Below, piece by piece: positions 36,400 through 44,779 of a stretch of 58,302 bases of DNA. Numbering within the stretch: the stretch's first letter is position 1; every line of letters begins with the position of its first letter. The DNA is from an uncultured Planctomycetaceae bacterium (GTDB lineage Bacteria; Planctomycetota; Planctomycetia; Planctomycetales; Planctomycetaceae). Both the position numbers and the translations under genes were made by a program. Under the pieces are notes generated by a model. That model saw only the letters and a list, made by a program, of their open reading frames with translations. It ran no database searches and was not told where the DNA came from. Location of the stretch: assembly GCA_963977705.1 (NCBI GenBank), contig CAXBSH010000001.1:1-58302 (forward strand), written 5' to 3'.

Positions 36400-36419
36400 T
36401 TCCGTGGAATTCCGTGGAG
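36400..36419. repeat. tandem direct repeat TTCCGTGGA(A/G) x2 with 10-bp phasing, 46 nt upstream of ATG 36465; possible operator
   Basis: The exact 9-mer TTCCGTGGA occurs at 36400-36408 and again at 36410-36418. The junction forms the palindrome GGAATTCC. Confidence 0.5.
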
Positions 36420-36464
36420 CATTCAGCAGAACGATTCCTTGCCACGTTCCGGGAGCAGACAGTG

Positions 36465-37913
36465 ATGTTGCGTATAAACGGTGTGTTTTCCCTGTTGCTG
36501 TTGTTTCAACTGTCTTTGTTGCCTGCCGTCGCTTTCGCGCAGACCAACTCTGCTCCTGAGGGCCAATCTGCGGCAAAGGTGCCGCGGGGTGGTCTGCTGC
36601 AGCAACTGCAGAGTGAGACTCCTGAAAATGCCGCACGGTTGCTGGACGAGGCGATCGCTGCAGATCCCCAGAACCTGACTCTGCATCGGTATCGGACTCT
36701 TACGGCCAACCGTTATATGGCGGCCAATGACCTGCCTGGTGCAGTGAAGCAGCTTGAACAGGGGTGTGACGCACTGCAGCAAAACCTCAGCACTCCGCAG
36801 TCTGCCGGGGATCTGGCATCCAGTCTGATGGCCTACTATTCGTATGCGCGTCGTGCTGGCAGTGTGGATTCTGCTCGTGTGCAGGTGGCACTTGAGCAGA
36901 CGCGGAAACTGGCCAGTGGAAATCAGGATGGGGCTTTCTTTCAGTCCCTTGCACAGTTGACGATGATCCGCAGCGATGTGCTTGCCAGTGGTGGTCAGGT
37001 CAAGGAGGCTGAGGCAGCAATTCGCGAGGAACTTCAGACTCTGCGTGCTGCAATCGAGCAGGAGTCAACAGCAGAGCGAGCGGTGCTTGCCAGTTCCCGG
37101 CTGTTGCAGGCATTGAGCAATCCGCAGATCGGGGCCGATTCCGAAGCACTGGGGCGACAGACCGAAGAGTTTTATGCGGACGCGTTGAAACGCCTGCCGG
37201 ATTCAGCGGTGGTGCTGGCCGACTATCTGCGTGCGCGGGGCTCTGAAGCGTCGCGACTTTCCGGCAGCGATCCGGACGCTGCTGCTCGACTGCTTGAAGC
37301 GGCTCGTGCGGTGGCAGCGGAATCCGCACTGAAGGACCAGCCTGCGGTGAAGGCCGCTGTGGCGATGTATGCTCCATTGGAACGTCGCATCGAATCTTCC
37401 CGACTACAGCTGCAGATGATTGGTAAGCCGGCTCCGGAACTGGATATTGCGGCAACAGCCCATGGCAGTGCGGTTACGGCTGAGGGATTGAAGGGCAAGG
37501 TTGTTTTGCTGGACTTCTGGGCGATCTGGTGTGGTCCCTGTATTGCTACATTTCCTCATCTGAACAGTATGTATGATGAGTTTCACAGTCAGGGTTTTGA
37601 GATCGTGGGAGTGACTCGACAGTACGGCTATCAGTGGAACGCTGAGAGCAAGCGTGCTTCGAAGGCAGATGCAGAGGTATCGCTGGAGGCAGAGTTGTCG
37701 ATGCTTGAGGAGTTCATGAAGCATCATGAGTTGCGGCATCCGACGATTGTGACTCCGAAGGAGTCGAAGTTGCAGAATCAGTACGGTGTGACGGGGATTC
37801 CCCATGCCGTACTGATTGACAGGAAGGGCAATGTTCGGATGATCAAGGTGGGTTCTGGTGAGGCCAACGCGAAGGCGCTGCACGACATGGTGCAGACTCT
37901 GCTGGCGGAGTGA
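36465..37913 (+). CDS. exported TPR-like helical domain + TlpA/redoxin-type thioredoxin-fold protein
   Basis: 482 aa from ATG 36465. Signal peptide 'MLRINGVFSLLLLFQLSLLPAVAFA'. About 330 aa are Ala/Leu-rich and helical, followed by 'KVVLLDFWAIWCGPCIATFPHL' (WCGPC active site). Confidence 0.85.
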   Translation: MLRINGVFSLLLLFQLSLLPAVAFAQTNSAPEGQSAAKVPRGGLLQQLQSETPENAARLLDEAIAADPQNLTLHRYRTLTANRYMAANDLPGAVKQLEQGCDALQQNLSTPQSAGDLASSLMAYYSYARRAGSVDSARVQVALEQTRKLASGNQDGAFFQSLAQLTMIRSDVLASGGQVKEAEAAIREELQTLRAAIEQESTAERAVLASSRLLQALSNPQIGADSEALGRQTEEFYADALKRLPDSAVVLADYLRARGSEASRLSGSDPDAAARLLEAARAVAAESALKDQPAVKAAVAMYAPLERRIESSRLQLQMIGKPAPELDIAATAHGSAVTAEGLKGKVVLLDFWAIWCGPCIATFPHLNSMYDEFHSQGFEIVGVTRQYGYQWNAESKRASKADAEVSLEAELSMLEEFMKHHELRHPTIVTPKESKLQNQYGVTGIPHAVLIDRKGNVRMIKVGSGEANAKALHDMVQTLLAE

Positions 37914-37971
37914 CTGACTGGAGTGGGAAATCTGTTGCGGTTTGTAGTCAGGGCAGGGGACGAGCAGGCAA

Positions 37972-39177
37972 ATGACGGTACAGGTGTTACTCCCACGGGG
38001 TTTTCGGGCGGCCGGTTACACATGTGGAATCAAGGCCAGCGGGAAATCTGATCTGGCGTTGTTTGTGTCGGACGGGCCCGCTTCGGCGGCCGGAGTGTTT
38101 ACGACCAATCGTGTCTGCGGTGCCCCGGTAATCGTCTCGCGCAGTCGCGTACCCACGGGCACAGCGCGAGCGGTGATCATTAACTCCGGAAATTCCAATG
38201 CAGCCACTGGTGATCCGGGCATAGCCAATGCCCAGCGCATGACAGCGGTGCTGGCAGAGTTGCTGGGTTGTGGGCCTGAAGACGTCCTGGTGTGTTCCAC
38301 CGGTGTGATTGGCGTACCTCTGCCGATGCCGTTACTGCTGGAAGGGATTCCTCAGGCAACCCGGAAACTGGCTGATGATGGGCAGTCTCTGCTGGATGCT
38401 GCAACGGCTATGATGACGACGGATACGTTTCCGAAGCTGTCGTCGCTGGATCTGCAACTGGCTGGTGGCATTGTCAGGGTTTCGGGGGTTTGCAAGGGAG
38501 CAGCCATGATTGCCCCGAACATGGCTACAATGCTGGGTGTGGTCATGACGGATGCTGTTCTGACGCCGGCTCAGTGTACTGAACTGCTGCGTGCTGGTGT
38601 GGATGAAACATTCAACTGCATCAGTGTGGACGGGCACATGAGTACCAGTGACACGGTATTGCTGCTGGCCAGTGGTGCGTCGGGAGTCTGTCCGTCCGTT
38701 GAAGATCTGGAATTGCTGGGAGATGGGATCCGTCAGGTCTGCCAGAATCTGGCGACCAGCATCATCCGGGATGCCGAAGGTGCGGATCACTTTATTACGG
38801 TCGATGTTTCCGGAATCGTCAGCCGCGAGGCTGCTCAGAGGATGGCTCGTGCCATCTGCGACAGTGCTCTTGTCAAGACGGCAATCACCGGCGGAGATCC
38901 GAACTGGGGGCGGATTGTATCGGCGGCGGGGTACAGCGGTGTGGCGTTTGATCCGGCGTGGTTGTCACTGCGAATTAACGGCACCGAAGTTTATCGTGCC
39001 GGAACACCGGCTGTCTTTGACGCGGCTGCCGTTTCGCAGGGACTGAAAGCTCAGCGCGAGGTGCATCTGGAACTGCGGCTCAGTGGTGGGCCGGAATCCG
39101 GCGACTGCGCAGTTCGGTTCTGGACTTCTGATCTGACAGCGGAATATGTGCGATTGAATTCGGAGTACACGACCTGA
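37972..39177 (+). CDS. argJ: bifunctional glutamate N-acetyltransferase / amino-acid acetyltransferase
   Basis: 401 aa. 'GFRAAGYTCGIKASGKSDLALF' and the self-cleavage region 'KGAAMIAPNMATMLGVVMTDA'. It ends with '...NSEYTT'. Confidence 0.93.
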   Translation: MTVQVLLPRGFRAAGYTCGIKASGKSDLALFVSDGPASAAGVFTTNRVCGAPVIVSRSRVPTGTARAVIINSGNSNAATGDPGIANAQRMTAVLAELLGCGPEDVLVCSTGVIGVPLPMPLLLEGIPQATRKLADDGQSLLDAATAMMTTDTFPKLSSLDLQLAGGIVRVSGVCKGAAMIAPNMATMLGVVMTDAVLTPAQCTELLRAGVDETFNCISVDGHMSTSDTVLLLASGASGVCPSVEDLELLGDGIRQVCQNLATSIIRDAEGADHFITVDVSGIVSREAAQRMARAICDSALVKTAITGGDPNWGRIVSAAGYSGVAFDPAWLSLRINGTEVYRAGTPAVFDAAAVSQGLKAQREVHLELRLSGGPESGDCAVRFWTSDLTAEYVRLNSEYTT

Positions 39178-39196
39178 ATCAGTCTGCCGGACAGGT

Positions 39197-40471
39197 ATGG
39201 TCACCGGAGTATTCAGCATGAGGCGTTGGAACGGGAGCGGGATGCGACAGTGTACAGTGCGGGCGACTGTCTGCGGTCTGCTGGTGTGGTGTCTGCTGTC
39301 TCTGGTTACCGGTGGACGGGCTGTTGCGCAGCAGCGATTTGAACTGCAGCGCGAAGCGATGGTGCAGAAGGCACTGGAGGCGGAGGGAATTCGCAATCCG
39401 CGTGTGCTGGAGGCGATGCGTAAAGTGCCCCGGCATGAATTTGTGCGCACGGCTGACCGGGCACGGGCGTATGAGGATACGGCACTGCCGATTGGCAATC
39501 AGCAGACGATTTCTCCTCCTTATGTCGTGGCCTACATGACAGAGGTGCTTGATCCTGGACCAGAGGATCGGGTTCTGGAGATAGGAACGGGCAGTGGCTA
39601 TCAGGCTGCGGTGCTTGGGGCGATCTGCAGGGATGTTTATACAATTGAGATCGTTCCCCAGCTGGCAAAGCAGGCCACTCGCCGATTGCAGGAACTGGAC
39701 TTTGCAAACGTGCATGTCCGAGAAGGGGACGGTTACAAGGGCTGGGAGGAACACGCGCCATTTGATCGGATCATTGTGACGTGTTCGCCTGAGAGTATTC
39801 CGCAGCCGCTGATTGATCAGTTGAAGGAGGGCGGGCGGATGATTATTCCGGTTGGTGAGCGATACCAGCAGTCGTTTCATCTGTTGAAGAAAGAGGATGG
39901 TGAGCTCAGGGATGAGAAGTTGATTTCGACACTGTTTGTTCCGATGACTGGCGAGTCGGAGGAGCAACGGCGGGTACAGCCGGATCCGTCACATCCTCAG
40001 GTTGTAAACGGCGGATTTGAGCGTGATGAAAACTCCGATGGGCGCGCTGATGGGTGGCATTATCAGCGAAATTCGAAACTGGAAACGGCAGATTCGATGG
40101 AAGGGCAGCAGTACCTGAGATTTGAAAATGCTGATCCGGATTCACTGTCTCAGGCACTGCAGGGTACGGCAGTGAACGGTCGTCAGATTGCTGCACTGCG
40201 ATTGCGGTTCTGGATGCGGTGTTCGGGGGTTGTGCCGGGGGCGGGGGCTGCGGGGCAGGCTGCCGTTGTGGTCCATTTTTATGATGGGGTGCGGAAGGAA
40301 ATTGATGCCGTGGTCATTGGTCGCTGGCGGGGGACACTGGACTGGCAGGATGTGCGATCCACGGTACCGGTGCCAGCGGGTGCGAGGGAGATGATTTTTC
40401 GCATCGGATTAAACGGCGCGATGGGGCAATTGGATCTGGATGATGTCAGGATAGAGGCAGTGCCGCGCTGA
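39197..40471 (+). CDS. pcm: protein-L-isoaspartate O-methyltransferase with signal peptide and C-terminal jelly-roll (CBM4/9-like) domain
   Basis: 424 aa. Hydrophobic leader 'MRQCTVRATVCGLLVWCLLSLVTGGRAVAQ' (alternative ATGs at 39218 and 39242). PIMT motifs 'VLEAMRKVPRHEFV', 'TISPPYVVAYM', 'VLEIGTGSGYQAAVL' and 'PFDRIIVT'. The ~165-aa C-terminal domain begins 'VVNGGFERDENSDGRADGWHY'. Confidence 0.85.
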   Translation: MVTGVFSMRRWNGSGMRQCTVRATVCGLLVWCLLSLVTGGRAVAQQRFELQREAMVQKALEAEGIRNPRVLEAMRKVPRHEFVRTADRARAYEDTALPIGNQQTISPPYVVAYMTEVLDPGPEDRVLEIGTGSGYQAAVLGAICRDVYTIEIVPQLAKQATRRLQELDFANVHVREGDGYKGWEEHAPFDRIIVTCSPESIPQPLIDQLKEGGRMIIPVGERYQQSFHLLKKEDGELRDEKLISTLFVPMTGESEEQRRVQPDPSHPQVVNGGFERDENSDGRADGWHYQRNSKLETADSMEGQQYLRFENADPDSLSQALQGTAVNGRQIAALRLRFWMRCSGVVPGAGAAGQAAVVVHFYDGVRKEIDAVVIGRWRGTLDWQDVRSTVPVPAGAREMIFRIGLNGAMGQLDLDDVRIEAVPR

Positions 40472-40529
40472 AGTTCCGGATGGAAATCACTGTCGGTTCA
40501 CTGAAAAACTGTTTCACGGGATTGCTGCA

Positions 40530-42617
40530 ATGATTCGATTACGGATCGGAAGTATGTCGGCATTGCTGGCATTCGGCCTTGTGTTGTCTGGTAATGTGTT
40601 TGCACAGCAGGACACAACCTCTCCGGCAGAGGGTACTGAAAAGCCAGCGACTGAAGGCCCGGAGAATCCTTTCCCGCGAGCAGTGAAGGTACCAGCCGGG
40701 ATTCTTGATGGCGGCGCTGAGTGGTTCAACACAGCAAAGCCACTGGATCTGGCTGATCTGCGTGGCAAGGTCGTGCTGCTGGATTTCTGGACTTACTGCT
40801 GCATTAACTGTATGCATATTCTTCCGGATCTGAAGTTCCTTGAAGAGAAGTACGGTAATCAGCTGGTGGTTATCGGAGTGCATTCTGCAAAGTTCGACAA
40901 TGAAAAGGACTCGCAGAACATTCGCAATGCGATGCTGCGGTATGAGATTGAGCATCCCGTGGTGAATGACAGTGAAATGCTGATCTGGCGACGTTTCGGA
41001 ACTCGGGCATGGCCAACTGTCGCGCTGATTGATCCGGATGGTAATTATTGCGGTTCGCAGAGCGGAGAAGGAAATCGGGAACTGCTGGATAACGTAATCG
41101 GTCGTCTGGTGGAGTTTCATCGGGCGCGAGGGACACTGAATGAAAAACCGATTGTCTTTTCTCAGGAGTCCGTGAAGGTTGCAGAAACGGCGCTGAGATA
41201 TCCCGGTAAGGTATCTGTTGACTCGGAGGGAGGGCGTGTTTTCATCACGGACAGCAATCACAATCGTATTGTTGTGGCGGGCATGAATGGTGAGCTGCAG
41301 TCAGTGATTGGAAGTGGTGTCGCCGGCCGCAGAGACGGCAGATTTCAGGACGCGGAATTCTTCAGGCCACAGGGCACGGTTCTGGTGAACGGTATTCTGT
41401 ACGTGGCCGATACGGAGAACCACCTGATCAGAGCGGTAAATCTGGCTGAAGGCACGGTTTCAACGCTGGCTGGTACGGGAGTCCAGGGTCAGCCTGGGCA
41501 ACCGCTGGATGGTGGGTTGCTGCAGGTTTCATTGAACAGTCCGTGGTCGATTGCGCACGTGAAAGGCAGTCTGTTTATTGCGATGGCGGGTCCTCACCAG
41601 ATCTGGTCGCATGTGCTGGGAAGCGAGCGTCTGGCAGTGCATGCTGGCAGTGGGCGAGAGGACGTGGTCAACGGGACACTGGCCGAGGCGGCGTTCGCGC
41701 AGCCATCTGAGCTGGTGGGCGATGCTGCCGGAGCTGCATTATTCGTTGTAGACAGTGAGGGATCGGCAGTTCGTCGGGTTGCGACCGATCCGGGTGGATC
41801 GGTCGAGACACTTGCGGGCACATCAGAGTTACCTCGTGGCCAGTCACTGTTTGCGTTTGGGTACGAGGATGGTGTGGGGGATGCAGCCCGATTTCAGCAT
41901 CCTCTGGGCGTCGCACTGCAGGATCAGACCCTATATGTTGCAGATTCGTACAACCATCGGATTCGACGGATTGATCTGACGAACAATGCTGTAACGACGT
42001 GGCAGGGCGACGGCACTCCGGGAAATTCTCTGCAGCCACTTCAATTGAGTGAACCGGGTGGTCTTGCCATCGGGTCTGGACGGCTGTTTGTTGCGGATAC
42101 GAACAATCATCGTGTGGTAGCGATTGATGTGGCAACGGGGATGTCGTCAGTGTTTGAAGTCGCAGGTCTGCAGCCACCCGCGGGGTCGGTACGTCGCCCC
42201 TTACCGGATCTGAAATCTGTGATTGAGGTTCCAGCTGTGCGACTGGCAGCGACGGAGGCTCTGCAGACCGTCGTCAAACTGCAGATTCCCGCGGGGTGGA
42301 AGCGGAACACGGAGTTCCCTGTGACATGGGCTGTGTTTTCAGAGGGTGAGCAGTTGGTGGTTCCGGGTGCGGTGCTTGGTGTTCGTCGGGAGGGGACAGT
42401 CGCGACGGACGGTAGTCAGGTGGAGTTTGCTGTGCCTCTGGGTGGTCAACCGGGTGAGGCGAAGTTGATTCTGCAGGTGACTTGGGGCTACTGCACGTCT
42501 GACGACAGCGGGCTCTGCAGGCTGGCGTCTGCGGTCTGGCGAGTTCCTGTCATTCTCAATACGGATGGTGGAGAAAGTCGGCTGGAACTGCAGTTTCCGG
42601 AGCCGGATGTGCAGTAG
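40530..42617 (+). CDS. exported thioredoxin-like + NHL-repeat beta-propeller protein (NHLRC2-like architecture)
   Basis: 695 aa. Signal peptide 'MSALLAFGLVLSGNVFAQQ'. Trx-fold 'KVVLLDFWTYCCINCMHILPDLKFLEEKYG'. Repeated NHL motifs: 'RVFITDSNHNRIVV', 'LYVADTENHLIRAV', 'LYVADSYNHRIRRI' and 'LFVADTNNHRVVAI'. Confidence 0.85.
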   Translation: MIRLRIGSMSALLAFGLVLSGNVFAQQDTTSPAEGTEKPATEGPENPFPRAVKVPAGILDGGAEWFNTAKPLDLADLRGKVVLLDFWTYCCINCMHILPDLKFLEEKYGNQLVVIGVHSAKFDNEKDSQNIRNAMLRYEIEHPVVNDSEMLIWRRFGTRAWPTVALIDPDGNYCGSQSGEGNRELLDNVIGRLVEFHRARGTLNEKPIVFSQESVKVAETALRYPGKVSVDSEGGRVFITDSNHNRIVVAGMNGELQSVIGSGVAGRRDGRFQDAEFFRPQGTVLVNGILYVADTENHLIRAVNLAEGTVSTLAGTGVQGQPGQPLDGGLLQVSLNSPWSIAHVKGSLFIAMAGPHQIWSHVLGSERLAVHAGSGREDVVNGTLAEAAFAQPSELVGDAAGAALFVVDSEGSAVRRVATDPGGSVETLAGTSELPRGQSLFAFGYEDGVGDAARFQHPLGVALQDQTLYVADSYNHRIRRIDLTNNAVTTWQGDGTPGNSLQPLQLSEPGGLAIGSGRLFVADTNNHRVVAIDVATGMSSVFEVAGLQPPAGSVRRPLPDLKSVIEVPAVRLAATEALQTVVKLQIPAGWKRNTEFPVTWAVFSEGEQLVVPGAVLGVRREGTVATDGSQVEFAVPLGGQPGEAKLILQVTWGYCTSDDSGLCRLASAVWRVPVILNTDGGESRLELQFPEPDVQ

Positions 42618-42638
42618 TCCCGTGGTGGCGGTGGAAGT

Positions 42639-43184
42639 TCAGCGGCAGCAGGTGTAGTGATCATCACTGGCCGGGTCGGGATGCAGTTTTTCAGAGCATC
42701 GGACCAGCAGTGGTACGGCGACAGCCCATGTCAGGCCCAGCAGGCCGAGTGCGACGATCGGTGATGGTGGCAGGCTGACGACTCCCATGCGCTGTCCACT
42801 AAGAAAAATGAATGGAACGCTGACGAATGTCAGAGCTGCGGTGATGGCGGGACGGTGGTACATCCAGCGCAGGCAACCGGGAAACGTCATAGCGAATTGT
42901 GCCCAGAGGACTGTCATCCAGAGTGGCGGCAGGTATGGCAGCGGGCCAGCGTGGGGAAACCGCAGAATCCCGACCATGATCAGCAGACTATCAACGAGCA
43001 GCCCGGTTGCGGCAGAGACGGTCATCATCAGCAGTTGCCGTCGGGGGCGCCGATGGAGCAGCAGATGCACGATGAGCAGGAAAAGTGCGGATCCGACTCC
43101 CAGTTGAGGGTATCCGGCAGAGACACCTGCCATGCAGGCCAGCCATCCGATTTCGTACAGCACGAAGTTGAGCAGGCTGGACAT
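42639..43184 (-). CDS. small polytopic membrane protein (DUF2878-like, tentative)
   Basis: 181 aa with ~5 hydrophobic helices. The N-terminus 'LLNFVLYEIGWLACMAG' resembles DUF2878 starts as I remember them; I could not verify this. Confidence 0.6.
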   Translation of the reverse strand: MSSLLNFVLYEIGWLACMAGVSAGYPQLGVGSALFLLIVHLLLHRRPRRQLLMMTVSAATGLLVDSLLIMVGILRFPHAGPLPYLPPLWMTVLWAQFAMTFPGCLRWMYHRPAITAALTFVSVPFIFLSGQRMGVVSLPPSPIVALGLLGLTWAVAVPLLVRCSEKLHPDPASDDHYTCCR

Positions 43185-43214
43185 GGCGATGGTGAATTTC
43201 CGAGGAGTCCGGCG

Positions 43215-43568
43215 TCAGGAGGTTTTCTTTGGTGGTGCATCCCGTTTAAGGATGCCTTTCTGGATTTCCTCAACCACTTTTGCGAGTACGGCTGCGTCTT
43301 TGGTTTTCATGACGTGGGCAATCCGCGTGGCCGGAATCAGCATGCGCGTCATCAATTCTTCAGCGGATTCCCAGAGCTTTGCCTGTTTTTTGGGTGGGGC
43401 GAGGTAGAGGTTGGTAACGAGTTCGGCAAGTCGCTGTTCATCCATCTGTTCGCGGTTGTCGTAGTATCGCTGAATGACTTTCTGCTGATAGGCGGTGTAG
43501 TTGCGGTCGCTCATGAAATTGCTGCTGTATTGTGGTGATTGACTTTGTGAAGACGAAGTTGGCTGCAT
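43215..43568 (-). CDS. hypothetical protein (117 aa; alternative start 43514 gives 99 aa)
   Basis: ORF only. It is helical and K/E/Q-rich ('YQQKVIQRYYDNREQMDEQRLAELVTNLY') and divergent from the DapA-family gene. No motif recognised. Confidence 0.45.
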   Translation of the reverse strand: MQPTSSSQSQSPQYSSNFMSDRNYTAYQQKVIQRYYDNREQMDEQRLAELVTNLYLAPPKKQAKLWESAEELMTRMLIPATRIAHVMKTKDAAVLAKVVEEIQKGILKRDAPPKKTS

Positions 43569-43778
43569 GGAAGGAACTCATGCAGCCGGTATTTGAGAGG
43601 AAGTGGCAGACAACTTCCAGTCCATTTTCACCGGCAAATTCGACCAGAATTCCTTGTGTTTTTCCGCATTTGACGCGATTCGGACTACGAAATTCATTAG
43701 GATTCGAGGGGTACGTCTGTGCCAGCGGCGACTGTGCCTGGCCAATCTTCGGTATTTCTGACTGGTGGTGATCTGAAA

Positions 43779-44723
43779 ATGTCTGACGGTGGCAACATTT
43801 TTCGTGGCTGTATTCCCGCATTGATGACTCCGTGTTCCGCATCTGGTCAGCCGGACTTTGATGCTCTGGTAGCGACCGCGCAGCGTCTGGTTTCTGCTGG
43901 GATGCGCGGGGTGGTGTATTGTGGATCGATGGGTGACTGGCCATTACTGACAGATGCACAGCGGCAGGAGGGTGTTGAGCGACTGTGTTCAGCCGGGGTA
44001 CCGGTTGTTGTCGGAACTGGTGCCCAGAATCCTGCGATTGCAGCGGCTCATGCTGCGCACGCGCGGCGGGCTGGTGCGGCGGGGCTGATGGTGATTCCAC
44101 GAGTCCTGTCGAGGGGGACATCAGCGACGGCGCAGCGGAATCATTTTGCGGGAGTCCTGCAGGCTGCCGATGGCTTGCCTGCTGTGATCTACAACAGTCC
44201 GTACTACGGCTTTGAAACTCGTGCAGATCTGTTTTTTGATCTGCGCCGGGATTTCGCAAATCTGGTTGGGTTCAAGGAATTCGGAGGGTCAAAGTCACTG
44301 AGCTATGCTGCCGAGAACATCACCAGTCGTGATACATCACTGACGCTGATGGTGGGAGTGGATACTCAGGTTTACCATGGTTACGTGAACTGCGGTGCCA
44401 GTGGTGCAATTACCGGTGTTGGAAATGCTCTGCCTAAAGAAGTGCTGCGACTGATTGAGCTTTGTTCGCAGGCAGCAGGGGGCTGTGCAAAGTCACGGCT
44501 GCTGGCCCAGCAGCTCAGTGAGGCCTTAATGGTGCTGTCGACTTATGATGAAGGCCCGGACCTCGTGCTGTATTACAAGCAGTTGATGGTGCTGGAGGGG
44601 CATACCGAGTATCAGTACCAGATCAGTAGTGCGGATCGACTCAGTGACAGTCAGCTCAATTTCCTGAAGGCACAGTGGGCATTGTTCCGCAGCTGGTGGT
44701 CGAAGTGGGAAGGCGCGGTCTGA
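43779..44723 (+). CDS. dihydrodipicolinate synthase/N-acetylneuraminate lyase family class-I aldolase
   Basis: 314 aa from ATG 43779. DapA-family features are 'IPALMTPC', 'GVVYCGSMGDWPLLTDAQRQEGVE', 'VVVGTGAQN' and 'VIYNSPYYGF'. Substrate specificity is not inferable. Confidence 0.8.
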   Translation: MSDGGNIFRGCIPALMTPCSASGQPDFDALVATAQRLVSAGMRGVVYCGSMGDWPLLTDAQRQEGVERLCSAGVPVVVGTGAQNPAIAAAHAAHARRAGAAGLMVIPRVLSRGTSATAQRNHFAGVLQAADGLPAVIYNSPYYGFETRADLFFDLRRDFANLVGFKEFGGSKSLSYAAENITSRDTSLTLMVGVDTQVYHGYVNCGASGAITGVGNALPKEVLRLIELCSQAAGGCAKSRLLAQQLSEALMVLSTYDEGPDLVLYYKQLMVLEGHTEYQYQISSADRLSDSQLNFLKAQWALFRSWWSKWEGAV

Positions 44724-44779
44724 ACAGCAGTGGCTGCCAACGCGATTATGATTCTGAAATCGGATCGGGGAGTTATCGG

